A DNA stretch of 64,000 bases, taken from NCBI GenBank assembly GCA_022813865.1, contig JALDZX010000005.1, forward strand, positions 248,001-312,000, read 5' to 3'. The translations under genes were made by a program, and so were the position numbers. A model generated the notes under the pieces. It was given only the letters and a program-made list of their open reading frames with translations. It was not told the origin of the DNA and searched no databases. Position 1 is the first letter of the stretch, and the number at the start of each line of letters is the position of its first letter. Of the stretch, positions 35,022-47,732 are shown in pieces. The DNA comes from Xylographa opegraphella (lineage: Eukaryota).

Positions 35022-37040
35022 CTACCAGGATATCCCATAGGTCGCCGAAATCACTCCCACCAGTACGACAACTATCTGTGTCCGACCCATCTTACTTTCT
35101 TTCCACGAAAACGGATTCTGTACTACGATGCCTGCGCCCACTGATGTTGCAGACGCCGCTGCAGTCCCCGTCGTCGTCGTCGCTATCTCAATAGCCGGCA
35201 TATAAGTACTCTTGTGGGCATCGAACGCTAAACAAGCAGTTGGCATCGCAAACGTCGTTGCTAGAGGCGTGTACGCGGTCTGATGCACCCCACCGACGAG
35301 GCCATGCGGACCCAGGGTTGCCTGTGCCACGAATCCCACTGCAAGCTCCACATCCGGCACGATATGGGTAAGATTGCCAAAGAGGCGAAGAACGTCGTTC
35401 ACGAGCGAGACATTGGTGATGGGCTCGCACTTCTCGTTCGTGCCAGCTGCAGGAGCAATCTCCATCGCCAGCTGCGGCAGCTCTAGGAAGGCTCCGGCAC
35501 CAGCGTTACCACCCATGCCGTTCAGGAACGAGAAGCCGACGAGGATCTCCGGCTGGAGCGTCGCGCTGAGGTTGAGGGCGAGATTACCGACCGCCGCTTG
35601 GAAAGGCAGCATGGAGACGTTCGTGTTTTCGAAGCCGCTCACGGACGAGCCGGTGATGTTACCGATACTGGCGGTGGCGGTGGAATTTTCCGGTACGGTG
35701 ATCTCGAAGCCGTAGTTGAAGGATAAGTCGACGCCGGTATCTACCGCGATGAGAAGGCGTGGGTTGAAGAGAGGCCCGATCACCGCAATGTCTGGGATGG
35801 AGTAGGGCTGCAAGGGGATGGTGGCGAGGTTGATGGTAAAGGTATGGCCGACTTGGGCGGCGAGCCATGTGGTAGAGAGTTCAATGTGTGCGAAGAGGTT
35901 GGTGGCTGTGACGGATACGAAGCCATCTTCGATGAAGCGGATGATGTCGTCGGTGCCGTTGGAGGTTGCGTTATTGTTGCCGAGGACAAAGGAACCGGCC
36001 AGGACCTCGAGAGTCCCTGCAGTGGTGCAGTTGACGCAGCTGACGGAGATGCCTGGTGGGATCTCGAGGCCTTCGGCATCTGCGACGACAGAGTTGTTGG
36101 AAGGAAGTATTTGCGTGTTGAGGAGCTGGAAGCCTATATTCTGTATGATGCTTGTGGCGGTAGGCTGCTCGGTTACCACGGGCGTGGGAAAAGGGATCTC
36201 GGAAGTTGGAGTTAGAATGGTAGTCGAAGAGACTAGGATGCTGGAGAGAGAAACAGATTGTATGGTGGAAGTTGCTGCCCCAAGGTCTTGGATGACGGAA
36301 GAGAAGAAATCCCTCCTCTCGAGATGCTTATAGGGTCTAGGAGTGTATTGTTGTGTCCCATCCCGTCCAAAGTCCACTTTCAGTGAGTGGAAGCCGTCGT
36401 TCCATCCGACAAGCTCGATGGCAAGTGCAATCATGTTGTTCTCGTCATTATAAGAGGCTCCGCGAACACTGCATCATATTAGCGATAGTTCGTCCAGATA
36501 GAGCTGGATGGGAGATCATGCAGATATGGCAACCGGCTCCCAACATCGTTACAGCTCCAGTGCGAAGTGATGAGCGTAAAGGTGGAATGCGGCAAAAGCG
36601 TCTCCCACGCCATCTGCATGCGGTGTAGGGAGCTGAATGTCATCTGGATCGAATCCATTGTGCAGTCGACGGATTCAAGGAGATGGTCGATGTCTTCCAA
36701 AATGAAAACAGGTCTTGTTGATTGCAGATGCACATGAGCGCTGTATGGACTATTGCTGGCGCTGGATTCATCTAATTACTGTCAGATTTGCTGGAGACCC
36801 GAAGTTGGGATATCTGCCTTCGAGGTAATGCAAGCTGAAGTCATAGCGTAAAGGGAAATCCTGCTCTCGCTTTGCAACGTCGCTGATCAAGGAGGCGGCT
36901 CGAAGTTCACGAGGTTCTAGGCTGGAAGAAAACATGCCAGGAGCATTCCCATCTGCAGAACTAGGTGATAGTTGCTGGAAAATCATAAGGAGAAGGGAAA
37001 GGTAGCATTCTAGGAACGAGAACGAGGATTTGCGATACAT
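35022..37040 (-). CDS. Secreted, probably GPI-anchored or C-terminally anchored surface protein, 3 exons
   Basis: Signal-like N-terminus, dibasic sites (KR, RR), ISVSCVNCTTAG, Thr/Ser-rich linker, TACLAFD, hydrophobic C-terminus; ORFs 36768-37040, 36479-36733 and 35022-36434 join in frame through introns 36772-36817 and 36469-36521. Confidence 0.8.
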
Positions 37041-38188
37041 AATTCAGTGTAAAGGCTTTGCTTCTATGCAACTATAGAAGGCTTTGATATTATATCTAAA
37101 ACGATGGAGTCATCCCAGTACATCTATCAACCAAAAGGCCATTCTTCCCGGTCTTATATCAATCTCGAGTTCACTGCTACAGTCTCACGGCACAGGCAAG
37201 GCTGTGGAAACACAAGATATCTGTGACTGTGGCACGAAAAAGGTCGAAGCTGCATCCTCATCAAACATCCTTAGGCAAGCCCGACGAACAGTACAATGGT
37301 ACCGACCCGCCTTTCGGCACGGTGGTGCAGGCGGCACCTCCGAGCCGTCCCTCCAGGTACAGAAAAGCTTGACCTTTCGCAGTGAGAACGGCGGATGGCC
37401 CGCCGTGGAGCGTACCAACAATGCTAGGATTTTTGTAGACTGGGGGCGCAATTGTGAAAGGCTGCATGGATAGCTGCATATCTGCCCGTGGCGCAGCGTG
37501 CCGGAACGCGTTCCACAGCCGCGGCGTACCCCCAGGCTCGAAGCGACGGGGTTTTCCCAGCGTCAAGAATGCTGCAACTTTCCGCGTCACAAAGTGCAGG
37601 CAAGGACACTGACAAAAGCTCCGAGTCTTATGCCGGCTCGAATCTCGTATAGTCCTCGACAAAGACACATATGGGGAACAAAACTGAGGCTAGAGGATAT
37701 CGCTCCTGCACATTGATTGCGAAAGGACATCTTTGCTAATAAAGTGCATATCTTTCGATAGACGGACGATATTATAAGATCTTTTTGAAACACGAAACTG
37801 CGCCCTCAGTAAGAAATCCTTGCCATTGCATGAGGATCTGAGCGGGGAAGAAAGGCTTCCTGTCCGGCTCATGGTGTGAAACGACTGTGCACAATGCCGG
37901 AATGACGACAGCTAGGCGCAACTGTTTTAAAACAGCACCGCTTAGACGCAGCATCGGGGCGTGAAAATCTGCCGCCTCCTCATCACAACAGTGCGAGAGC
38001 ACTGTGAAATCATCGGGCTTTTTGCTTTGGCCGCTTTTACCGCATACTGGTTCGGGCCTACCCGGGGGTGATTTTGCTGCGGCAAGCTCGGAGCAATTCA
38101 CCAACAATTCAATCGTCCCAAAGTGTACTGACTGTCCATCTTCCTTCTAGGATATATATTTATTGACGAGAGTGTATCCCTGAGAATC

Positions 38189-39190
38189 ATGTGTCGGCTT
38201 TATCAGCGTGTAATGCGATTTCGCTTCATGGAGCTCCAAATTTTCAGCCTTGTCTCGCTGATACATTTTCCAGTGCAGTGGGAACGATACATATCCCTCT
38301 ATCGTTATCATCATTGTATACACATCATTTGTATCTTGTCTCCCTCATTATCGCCTCTTGGCTCTTGGGGCCGTCTCCGTGGTGGGAATCACGAGTTTGT
38401 TGATCATCATGTTTGTACGAGCCTTTCTTGCTGTCCATTCATGTCCTTTCACGCTCCCAAAGCAAATCCAATTCGCCAACGTTTTATATCCTGCTCGCGA
38501 TATCGCGTCCGTTGCTTATGTGTTCGCATCTTTTTCAAACATACAATCTACAACAACGATTCACACAGTTCCAAGGCCCTTCTGCTGACTATCCAGCACG
38601 AAGGGCCATACTATCGAACCAAAGCGCTTGCTGATACCCCCGTCTTTGCTGCCAACGAGTCGACTATGCAGGCAAACCTCCGTAAATACATACTTGTTAC
38701 GACCCTCTTCTATAATCGGAGAAGAAGACGTCCAGGAAGGATCTCCCGATGATCCTGGGCGCACTTACCAACCACGAAACTCACTTACAAATTGGGGACA
38801 ATACCAACTTCTTCGATCTTATTTGCGTCCGAGAACGTGGTGGATACGCACATCACAGCTGCCAAAGCTCCATTGTCAAACCCTTCCCGTGTTGCTGGAG
38901 TAGCGTCTTTCATTACCAACAACGCTCCTATGCCATTTTGGGCCTTTGTACGCAATACGTGGCCGGTAGCCGGGTTTGATTGATTGAAGGAGAGATTTAT
39001 TGCCATCCTCATCTGGATAGCGCTGGTTAGTGCACTAATCACTGCATGATTATATTGGGCTATGAGGCTAGGGAAAGGGACTGTTAAAAGGCCGCCCAGA
39101 AAACTGCCGGGATACTGTGAGCAGATAAAGACATCCGACATCAGAAAGTCGAAGGGGAGGCTAGGCTACGTACTGAAGGTAAGTACCTAA
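38189..39190 (+). pseudogene. Possible decayed membrane-protein gene
   Basis: Hydrophobic coding-like fragments (LALGAVSVVGITSLLIIMFVRAFLAV; FIAILIWIALVSALITA*LYWAMR) broken by stops and frameshifts; no family recognised. Confidence 0.25.
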
Positions 39191-39875
39191 GTATTCACAA
39201 AGGAATGAGGAGGAGAGTATAACAGACAATAAGGAACAAGAAAACAGGGATTGGCAAAGGAGAATCGATAAGTGACAGTATGATAAATAGACATAACGTC
39301 TTACGGAAGAAGCATCTCCGATGTGAACAATATATTTGTCTTGGTCTAGTAGGGAGTATTATAGTGTATATTGGATGAGTGTGGCTGCAACCGGATTGCA
39401 GCGCAACGAGCGGTAGGGACAAGTAATAGAACAGAATGTGAATTGGAAAACGAGGTGTGGTAGAAGGGTACGAAGAAGGAGTCAACTAGTGTTTAAAATG
39501 TACAGTAATAATGGGCGCGAAAGTGGCGGGGAGTGAGGCTGGTTGGAAGGCATGGGTGAGAATGCCGAACTAGTCTTAACAGGGCATAGGATAGGGCAGC
39601 AGCACAACTCTTGTTCCTAATCTCTTTGCTTCAGACTGTGAAGGTAGTCACTCAATTTACAATGGCAAGAGCAGGTTGCGTGAACGTGGGCTCTCGCGTA
39701 TGTATTCGTGCGCCAGGACAGAGTAGTGCTGATCGAGATATGAAAATCCTATACTTGTGAGACGAGTGCTTTTATTTCTTGTTGTCCCGGTGGGCTGTGC
39801 ATTGGCCAAATGCATTGCTCTAGGGCCTTCTAAAGTGAAGCAGGCTTTTTCCTGCTTGCTTTGTAGCAAAACATT

Positions 39876-41987
39876 ATGGATGTACATTTTGAAGGAGAGA
39901 TTCAATCGAGATATATGCTACAAGACGGAACACCCCTCCAGATAAATGTTACTGGTCTTGAGGATGATGCACAAACTAGAAGCTGCAGGGAACGGAATGA
40001 GAGGTTTTACAGTGCGGTCTTCTCATGGGCGAAAGACCAGGCTGGAATTAACGTCATCTTCGACAAGGACTCCTTGATAGTAGCCGCAGAGGCTTGGTCC
40101 AATGCTATTCATGCATTACTCCAATATCCAGCATTGCATCTAGGGTTAGATTCTGAAAGAAAGGCAAGAATCTTTACAAACTATTGGCACCACCCGCTCG
40201 TGAAGGAAACAGATATACGGCTTTTTCATATAACTGGCATGGCCGCAATTGATGGATCCAATTACCTCACTTGCGAGATTGTACATGCCGACCTCAACGA
40301 TAAGCCCAATTATCATGCTGTTTCTTATGCTTGGGGGTCCTTGGACGTCAATTATCCTATCATTATCGACGAGTCCCATTGTCTCTTGATCACCAAGTCG
40401 TTGCAGGATTTTTTAGAACAGGCATTCTTGTCTTCTGAGAAGATCGAAGGAGCTCTAATATGGGCAGACCAGCTATGCATCAATCAATACAACCCAGAAG
40501 AGAGGAGCCAGCAGGTCTTGCTTATGCGTCGAATCTTCCAGGAGTCATGCCTTACTTATCTTTGGCTGGGGAAAGAGGACGAGAGTACCGCACATCTGGC
40601 ATCACTGTTGGCGAGCATTGAGGCAAGCTCGCTCAGATACGATACGGCAGTAAAAGCATGTAATCAACCTTCAGTGGAAGAGGCTGTATCAATTCTGGCA
40701 TCTGACCCGGCCACAGCTCGTATACCACCAGGTCACGACCCTGGGTGGCTGGCGGCAGCACAAATTCTGTATCGACCCTGGTTCTCGCGGTTGTGGGTTT
40801 TCCAAGAAGCTGTAGCAGCTCCCGTATCCTTTTTTGTATGTGGAAAATACCCATTCAGCTTAGATACATTGGAGTTAGCACTGATACTGCTTCCTACGAT
40901 GTGGTCAAACGTACTATTTCAAAGCACCTACCCCTTTCACACTGTTGGCTTTATGAGAACACAGCATAGTATGTTTCACGGTCCGAAAGCCAGGTATGAT
41001 CGCTACCGCCAAGATCTACTACAACTCTTGTCTAATGCACGCACCCTCGAATGTTATGACCCTCGAGATCGAGTCTACGCGCTTTTGAGTCTCCAACCAG
41101 AGGAAAATCATATCATTGTACCTATAGATTATAGCCGCTCGGTCTTCGAAACGTATGCCGATACCGCGAAAGCGATAGCCCTCGACCAGCGGAATCTTCA
41201 CATTCTGGAACACATCACGGAAGAGAGGGATTTAAACTGTTTGGTGGCACCTTCCTGGGTCCCCAATTGGATGGACAAGGAGTACAGCAGCAGATGCCCG
41301 CTTGAAGCAGACCTAGTAAAGCAGCGCAAATTCAATGCCGGTGGTTGTCCTTCCTGCACACCAGAATTTGCGAACTCAGGACAGATTCTCGTCACTAAAG
41401 GGAAAATCATTGATATCATTGAGCTTTTGGTGTCGGACGTGCTCTACATTGGTGGCCGGCATGGTGCGAGTGCGGAGTTTCTTGCCAAGGAACTACGCTT
41501 TCAAATTTTGATGGATTTGGTTGGAAAGCGATTGCTCGAAGAAACGCCCGGTGTGCCACAACTCGAGCGAGCTCAACTTATAGTCGTCAGAACGCTCACT
41601 GCAGACGGCACGCGAATTCTAAGAACCCCAACAATCTCGCATTTCAATGAATACCATACCTTGGCACTGGCTGATATGCTTCGGGATCCACAATCGCGAT
41701 CCGAGCACGCTCTTGATGCCTTCCGAAAGCTGTCTCCCCTGCTATACATTTGCAGTGGAAGAGTGATTGCAGCGTTGCGTAATGGCTACATCTGCCTGGC
41801 TCCTATGATGGCACAGAAGAATGATGTGATTGGTCTCCTTCAAGGTAGCTCTCTGCCCTGGGTCTTGCGACCTCAAGCCAAAAATGGGCAGTACAAGGTT
41901 GTGGGAGCATGTTATGTTGACGGCATAATGTATAATGAACAGGGGGATACCGCCGAAATTCTTTCTAGTACTATAGAATTAATATAG
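39876..41987 (+). CDS. HET-domain (Het-6-like) heterokaryon incompatibility protein
   Basis: IRL...YHAVSYAWG, IWADQLCINQ...ERSQQVLLMRRIF, YLWLG, RPWFSRLWVFQE, DPRDRVYALL, PSWVPNW, C-terminal VGACYVDGIM. Confidence 0.92.
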   Translation: MDVHFEGEIQSRYMLQDGTPLQINVTGLEDDAQTRSCRERNERFYSAVFSWAKDQAGINVIFDKDSLIVAAEAWSNAIHALLQYPALHLGLDSERKARIFTNYWHHPLVKETDIRLFHITGMAAIDGSNYLTCEIVHADLNDKPNYHAVSYAWGSLDVNYPIIIDESHCLLITKSLQDFLEQAFLSSEKIEGALIWADQLCINQYNPEERSQQVLLMRRIFQESCLTYLWLGKEDESTAHLASLLASIEASSLRYDTAVKACNQPSVEEAVSILASDPATARIPPGHDPGWLAAAQILYRPWFSRLWVFQEAVAAPVSFFVCGKYPFSLDTLELALILLPTMWSNVLFQSTYPFHTVGFMRTQHSMFHGPKARYDRYRQDLLQLLSNARTLECYDPRDRVYALLSLQPEENHIIVPIDYSRSVFETYADTAKAIALDQRNLHILEHITEERDLNCLVAPSWVPNWMDKEYSSRCPLEADLVKQRKFNAGGCPSCTPEFANSGQILVTKGKIIDIIELLVSDVLYIGGRHGASAEFLAKELRFQILMDLVGKRLLEETPGVPQLERAQLIVVRTLTADGTRILRTPTISHFNEYHTLALADMLRDPQSRSEHALDAFRKLSPLLYICSGRVIAALRNGYICLAPMMAQKNDVIGLLQGSSLPWVLRPQAKNGQYKVVGACYVDGIMYNEQGDTAEILSSTIELI

Positions 41988-42964
41988 AAAACTTCTTAGC
42001 TTATGGATCTTCTTCTGTAGAATGACATTCCAACACGAATCATGTCTGTAAGTTGTAGAGAGTTGTGCTGAGTTTACTCCGGACCTAAGTCGAGGGCGGT
42101 AGTCCATTACTAGCACAAATGAGGTTAGCTTATCCTAGTCAACATCCAGCAAGAGATACCTTACTGCCGCAATAGGAATGAAGATCTTGTTGTATCAACG
42201 CTTCTCTGCTGTGCGGAATACCTTCACAGAGAATATACCTTCTTGTAATCGCGGCGGTAACCTCACTTCATTAAGATCTTAGACCGGGTTTGGAATGCGT
42301 GAAGTGCCGAGTCCTCAAAATCAAGTGTCACTCACTGCTAATTCTACGGGGTAATCAAATATAATAATTGGAGCAGCTCTTTTGCATCTCAACTAGAGCC
42401 GATGCTGTTTCTGCAAGGCTGTTCTTGTGAATCGGTTCTGTGTAGAGCAAGTAGCGCGACGACAATAGTAGTAGGAGACTTCAACTGTACTCCGTATATC
42501 CTAGCCATTCAACTTTTCCGAGCCACAGAACAACAATTTCGACTCGCCAATACTTGAAATAAAAAATGAATGAAGTCGAGGATAGTCTGTCTGGCTGTGT
42601 AGCATTTGGCCGGAAATGAAGCAGTATTGAACTCCGTACATGCTGATCTATTCGACTCAAAATTTCCACACTGTACAAAGATTTGCAGTAGCATCCTCGA
42701 AGCCGGCGTACTAGCTTGCTTTTCCGGCGACAAACATCTACACCCCCCCTCTCCGTCGTACCACAGCCCATTGGCTTTCACCCACCGCAACATATTACTC
42801 GCAGCTGTGGGCATGCCGTCACTTCATCTGGATGATTGATCGCGGTCCGCAATACCTACGGGCAACTCGTCCGCCTCATTTACGGTCCACACGCCGCCCG
42901 AATTAGAGCCCCGCGTCGCGCATCAACGCTTTCGCTCAGCGCATCTTGTCCGCACAGCGCCATC

Positions 42965-45900
42965 ATGGCATTCAATTCATTCAAACAAGATGGCAGAGTT
43001 GCTCCAGCCCGTTATCGTACTCCTTCGCCTCCCCGCCGCGATGTATCGCCTTGCTCTCCCCACGCCTCCGAGGGCCCGAGTCCGACAACCTTTCGCAGGC
43101 CAGAGGCGGGAACGGTCAACAGAAGAGCGGGATATAATACACATGCGATAAATGGGAGGTTGATGGGGCAAAAAGGGAATTCGAGAATGGACGCCTTCGC
43201 TTCGATAGTCCTGGGAGTACACCCAGAACGAGTACCGCTGGAGCCTTCGGACTCCAGACAGCAATATGAAGATATGCCGCACCCTCACGAGCGACCTTCG
43301 AAGAGGTCAAGGAGCGAAAAGTTATTATCCTCCAAAATGCACCGCGCAGTTCCGAGACCAGTCACAAGCTACGACCAATCGCTGGAAGATCGAAAGGCGG
43401 CGGCGGAGCTGCTCTTGAACTTTTCTCGCGAAGCTTGTTTTGCGGTACCACATACCCAGAACTCACATGTGGATCCGTCGTCACCATCTATAAGCCGCTT
43501 ACACCACAAAGTTTCCGCCGAGATAGTTGCAACTCCTGCACTAACACCGTATCGGACATCTATCACATTTGGAGCGAAGCATCCCCAAGATAATCCTCGG
43601 GATGCTAGCCCTCAGGAGGCAAAATATGAATCGTTATCAGCCGTGTCCCCTCAGATGGAGTCTCCTCACCGGAATCACACCTCATGCGCTGCTAAGAGCT
43701 CGACCGACACGAACCTCGATGACCCAGAAGTTGACAAGTCCGTATCCAACCGGATTGTTGACAGCTCAGCAATTCTAAGCGAAGAGCCACGAGGGCAAAG
43801 TCCCTCAGATCATCACTATCCGCATGATTTTCACGAATCAGATTATGGTCAAAGTCCGATCCAACATCCATGTAGCGCAGATACTCTTTACAATAATGGC
43901 ACGGCTGTGCAGGGTAACAACACTGCAATCGCTACTATTGGACCTGTGTTGAATTATGTCGATGGTGTTTACAACATAATATCGAACCACACGGAGCTTG
44001 ACCAACCAAAAACAAACGTCTTCTTAGCTGGCATTGAAGAGGCTGCTCGAGGTGAGCATTCGAAAGAATCCCACCTGGGTAACCTAATTTCTGGCACTCA
44101 TGAAAAGCCAAACACAATGGGTACCGACTCCTTGTCCGAGTCAACAACTAAGCAAGACGCACTTGACACTGCAGCACCATTTAAAATTCGAGCGCAACCA
44201 GCTCCCTCAGTTTGTGCTGCGTGCAATTTCTCGCGCAACTTGCTTACTCTTGAGACCGAAAATGATGCTTTATCTTGGATCAGCTGCGATGCCTGCAAGT
44301 CATGGTTTCATTTTGCTTGTGCTGGCTTCAAGAGCGAGCGTGAAGTACGTGGAGTCGACAAATATCGTTGTCGGAAATGTAAGCCTGTCCACGGAAGTAC
44401 TACTTATGTCAGGAAGTCGGCTAGAGCTCATAGTGCTATCGACTATGCTGGGCTCAACGAAGGTGTTCTTAAGACATCCGATGAGAATCCAGAGCATCAC
44501 TATATCAAGCCTATCAGGGACGGCATTATCAAATTCAACCCTGAAAACTTCGCACGAATGCGTCCTGAATTGGTCACCGCGGATTACTTCGAGAAAGGTG
44601 ATGGCATGAAGGAGCCAGTTTTGATACCTGCATCTCTCAACCCGCGGCCTCGCCCAATCGCTGTACCAGAACCAGAACAAGACGGGCAAACAGATGAATT
44701 TGGTACAGACGTGCAAACAGAGGTCTTTCAGGATCAGTCTGTTCTTGAGCAGTGGCTGTCAAACGAGTTCGAATATGAAACCGTTTCAGATCTAGGACAA
44801 GATGCTCTAGACATGGTTATACCACAGAACTTGACAGTCAGAAAGGTCTCCGAGCTCTACGGACCTGAAGAGAAAGTCGAAGTTATTGACGTGAAATCAC
44901 AGAACGGGGAAGATAAAAAGTGGAATATGAGGCGATGGGTAGACTACTATGAGAGCAAGGGTGACAAAGTGGTCCGCAATGTTATCAGTCTCGAGGTTTC
45001 CCAGAGTAAGCTTGGACGCCTTATCAAACGACCGAAAGTTGTGAGAGATCTGGATCTTCAAGACTCTGTGTGGCCGGCCGACCTCATAGCCAAGGGCGAC
45101 TATCCAAAAGTCCAGTTCTACTGCCTTATGTCTGTTGCCGACTGCTTCACCGATTTCCACATCGACTTCGGCGGATCGTCTGTCTTCTACCATATCCTGA
45201 AAGGCAAGAAAACCTTCTTTTTCATTCCGCCACATGAGAAGCATCTGAAGAAATACGAAGAATGGTGCATGTCGCCAGCGCAGAACTGGACGTTCCTAGG
45301 TGACCAGACCAAAGAATGCTACAGAGTAGATCTATCTGAGGGCGACACGATGCTGATACCGGCGGGTTGGATTCATGCAGTATGGACACCTGAAGATAGT
45401 CTTGTGATTGGTGGAAATTTCCTCACTAGAATGCACTACGGAATGCAAATACGAATTGCACAAATCGAAAAAGCGACAGGAGTTGCAAGGAAGTTCAGAT
45501 ATCCGCATTTTCAAAAGCTGCTCTGGTACACTGCGATGAAGTATCTCGACGAAGATCCACTTCCGGATAGTGTTGTGGATTCGCTTCTTGGTGGACAGAT
45601 CTTTCAGCGAGAAATACCTACATATCATGATTTTGATGCTTGGGGCGAGGCATCGAATGAAGGTCCCGAAAACTACCACGCTCGGTACTATTCAAAGGCA
45701 GAGCTTGATGGCCTCCCGGAGCTAGCCCGCTATTTGCAACGAACCGCGCTGATAGCAATGGGTAATATCAGCGACGGAATCAGCGTTGAAACACGAAATG
45801 CTGTCAAGCGATCGATTCCTAAAGGCAACGGGGAACCGCTGGAGATAGTGAAGAAGTTTGCAATCTGGTATACATGGAAGCGTGGAAACGAGCCTATTCC

Positions 45901-47732
45901 CCATTGGGCATATCCAGACCATATTCCTGAAGGTGGAGCCCCAGAGCTGACCGAAAAGAAGCTCAGCGCAGCGGCCTTGCGGCGCTTAGACCGTGAAGCT
46001 GCCCTTCAGGCCTGGCGGATTGCTCCGGATCGCCAGTCTACTCGTCGACGATCTCAGCCATTAAATATGTGCTCAGAGTTGGCGAGTGACTCGGGATTGG
46101 CGGACGAACGTACCCAGATGAAGCCTTCAAGAAGCTCTACAGGGCCATCAACTGCGAGCAGTACTACTATGAAGAGGAAACATGAATCCATGAGTTTAGC
46201 TGAGCCATCATCACAGTCGCCACTGACAGCTCTACGAAAACGGAGGACAATCTCGGGGATTGACCCATCGATAATTACGACGCCAAACAACAAGGGCCCT
46301 GCATGTGAAACCTGTAGGAAGAGGCGAAGAGCTTGCAAGCATCGAGGCGAGATGACTGCTCGCATACCAGCCTCGCTCGTGCATGGACCGGCCGAGGGAA
46401 TGATTGTCGTTGACTCTGAGAATAAGGATTCATTGAAGACACCAGACAAGATAACTCCACCGAGTGGAATCAACTTGATCGGCAGCAATTCCTGGACGCC
46501 TGATTATACTGATAAGACCTACAAAACTCCTCGCGACCTCGATCGAGGGCCTCTTCAAATGTCTCATGTTGAAGTCGTTAGAACAGGTCAGAAAGTGGAG
46601 CCTGATTACGTAACTGCGAATGAGCCTACACATGATTCAGATGCACAACATCGAATTCTTAGCAACGCAGGGATCTCAGTAGTCGTGGACATACATTCTT
46701 CGAGCCTGATGAGGACTCCTGGTAGGACGAAAGCCTGCAAGGACTGCCGGAAAAGCAAGGTACATCGTGTTTCTATCGTATTACTAATCGTTTACTGACA
46801 CTTATTGTTAGCGGCGCTGTGTTCATGATGAAAATGGCAACGAGGATCCAATCAAGGTTGCTGAAGCATCAGTACCGAGATCTTCTTCATCAAGGAAGCG
46901 AAAATCCGGCCCCGACGCTGTGGAAAACGTAACTCCAAAGAACCCAAAGAGACCCTCAACTTCTGGGACTATAATTAGCCCTGCCCAAAACCAGTCTCTA
47001 CCTTTAGAGGTCAACTCACCAGAATCGCAGCTGCCTGAAGTTGTGACAGCCGCGCAAATGTTAATTCTGCCATCTGTGTCCAAGAAAGACTACGCTGAAG
47101 TGGCTCAACAAACATCGGAGCAGGTGGTCGCCAACCTTGCAACGAATGTTCCAGGAATACCATCTATTGCACCCCGCAGCATTTCTCCAACGTTCCAGCC
47201 AACATCACCAGTGAACGTGACCATCGAAGACGAAGTCCACCTCATCGCCACCTCACCGCTTTCGGATGTCAAGTTCGAAACGGACGACGAACAACCAATC
47301 CTTTCATCGAATCCCTCCTTCCAACAGCCCCCCACTTCCTCTCTCGTTTCTCCTCCTGCATCAACTCATGATGCAGATGAAGACACACTTCCTGCTGGGG
47401 CGAAGGCGCAGAACATGACCCCTTCCGCCACGTCTTCATCCTCGCGACATTCTTCCCGGCCAGCGAACACGATGCAGCATTACACACCTGAGTCGGGATC
47501 TGTAAGAAGAGCAAGTAGTAGTTCTGCGGGTATCGCTACGGGGCAGTTGAGAGAGGTTGGGACGCCCATGGTAGGGACGAGTCGGAGGAGTGGCAGTGAG
47601 CTGGCTGGGGATATAAAGAAGGGGAGAAGGAGCAGAGTGGGGAGTGAAATCGAGGCGGACGAGGAGAGCATGCGCCTCATAAGGGAATTGCAGGCGCAGG
47701 ATATGGGGTTGAGGCGGAGAGGAAGGGTATAG
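42965..47732 (+). CDS. JHD1: PHD + JmjC histone H3K36 demethylase, 2 exons
   Basis: PHD CAAC...WISCDACKSWFHFAC...CRKC; JmjC YPKVQFYCLMSVADCFTDFHIDFGGSSVFYH...IPAGWIHAVWTP; intron 46760-46811. Confidence 0.93.

Noticed and set aside
37084..38150. GC-rich stretches suggesting a TPP riboswitch or small genes upstream of the surface-protein gene
   Set aside because: The CUGAGA and UGAU...AAU...AGCG riboswitch core is not present in order, and the ORFs have no recognisable features.
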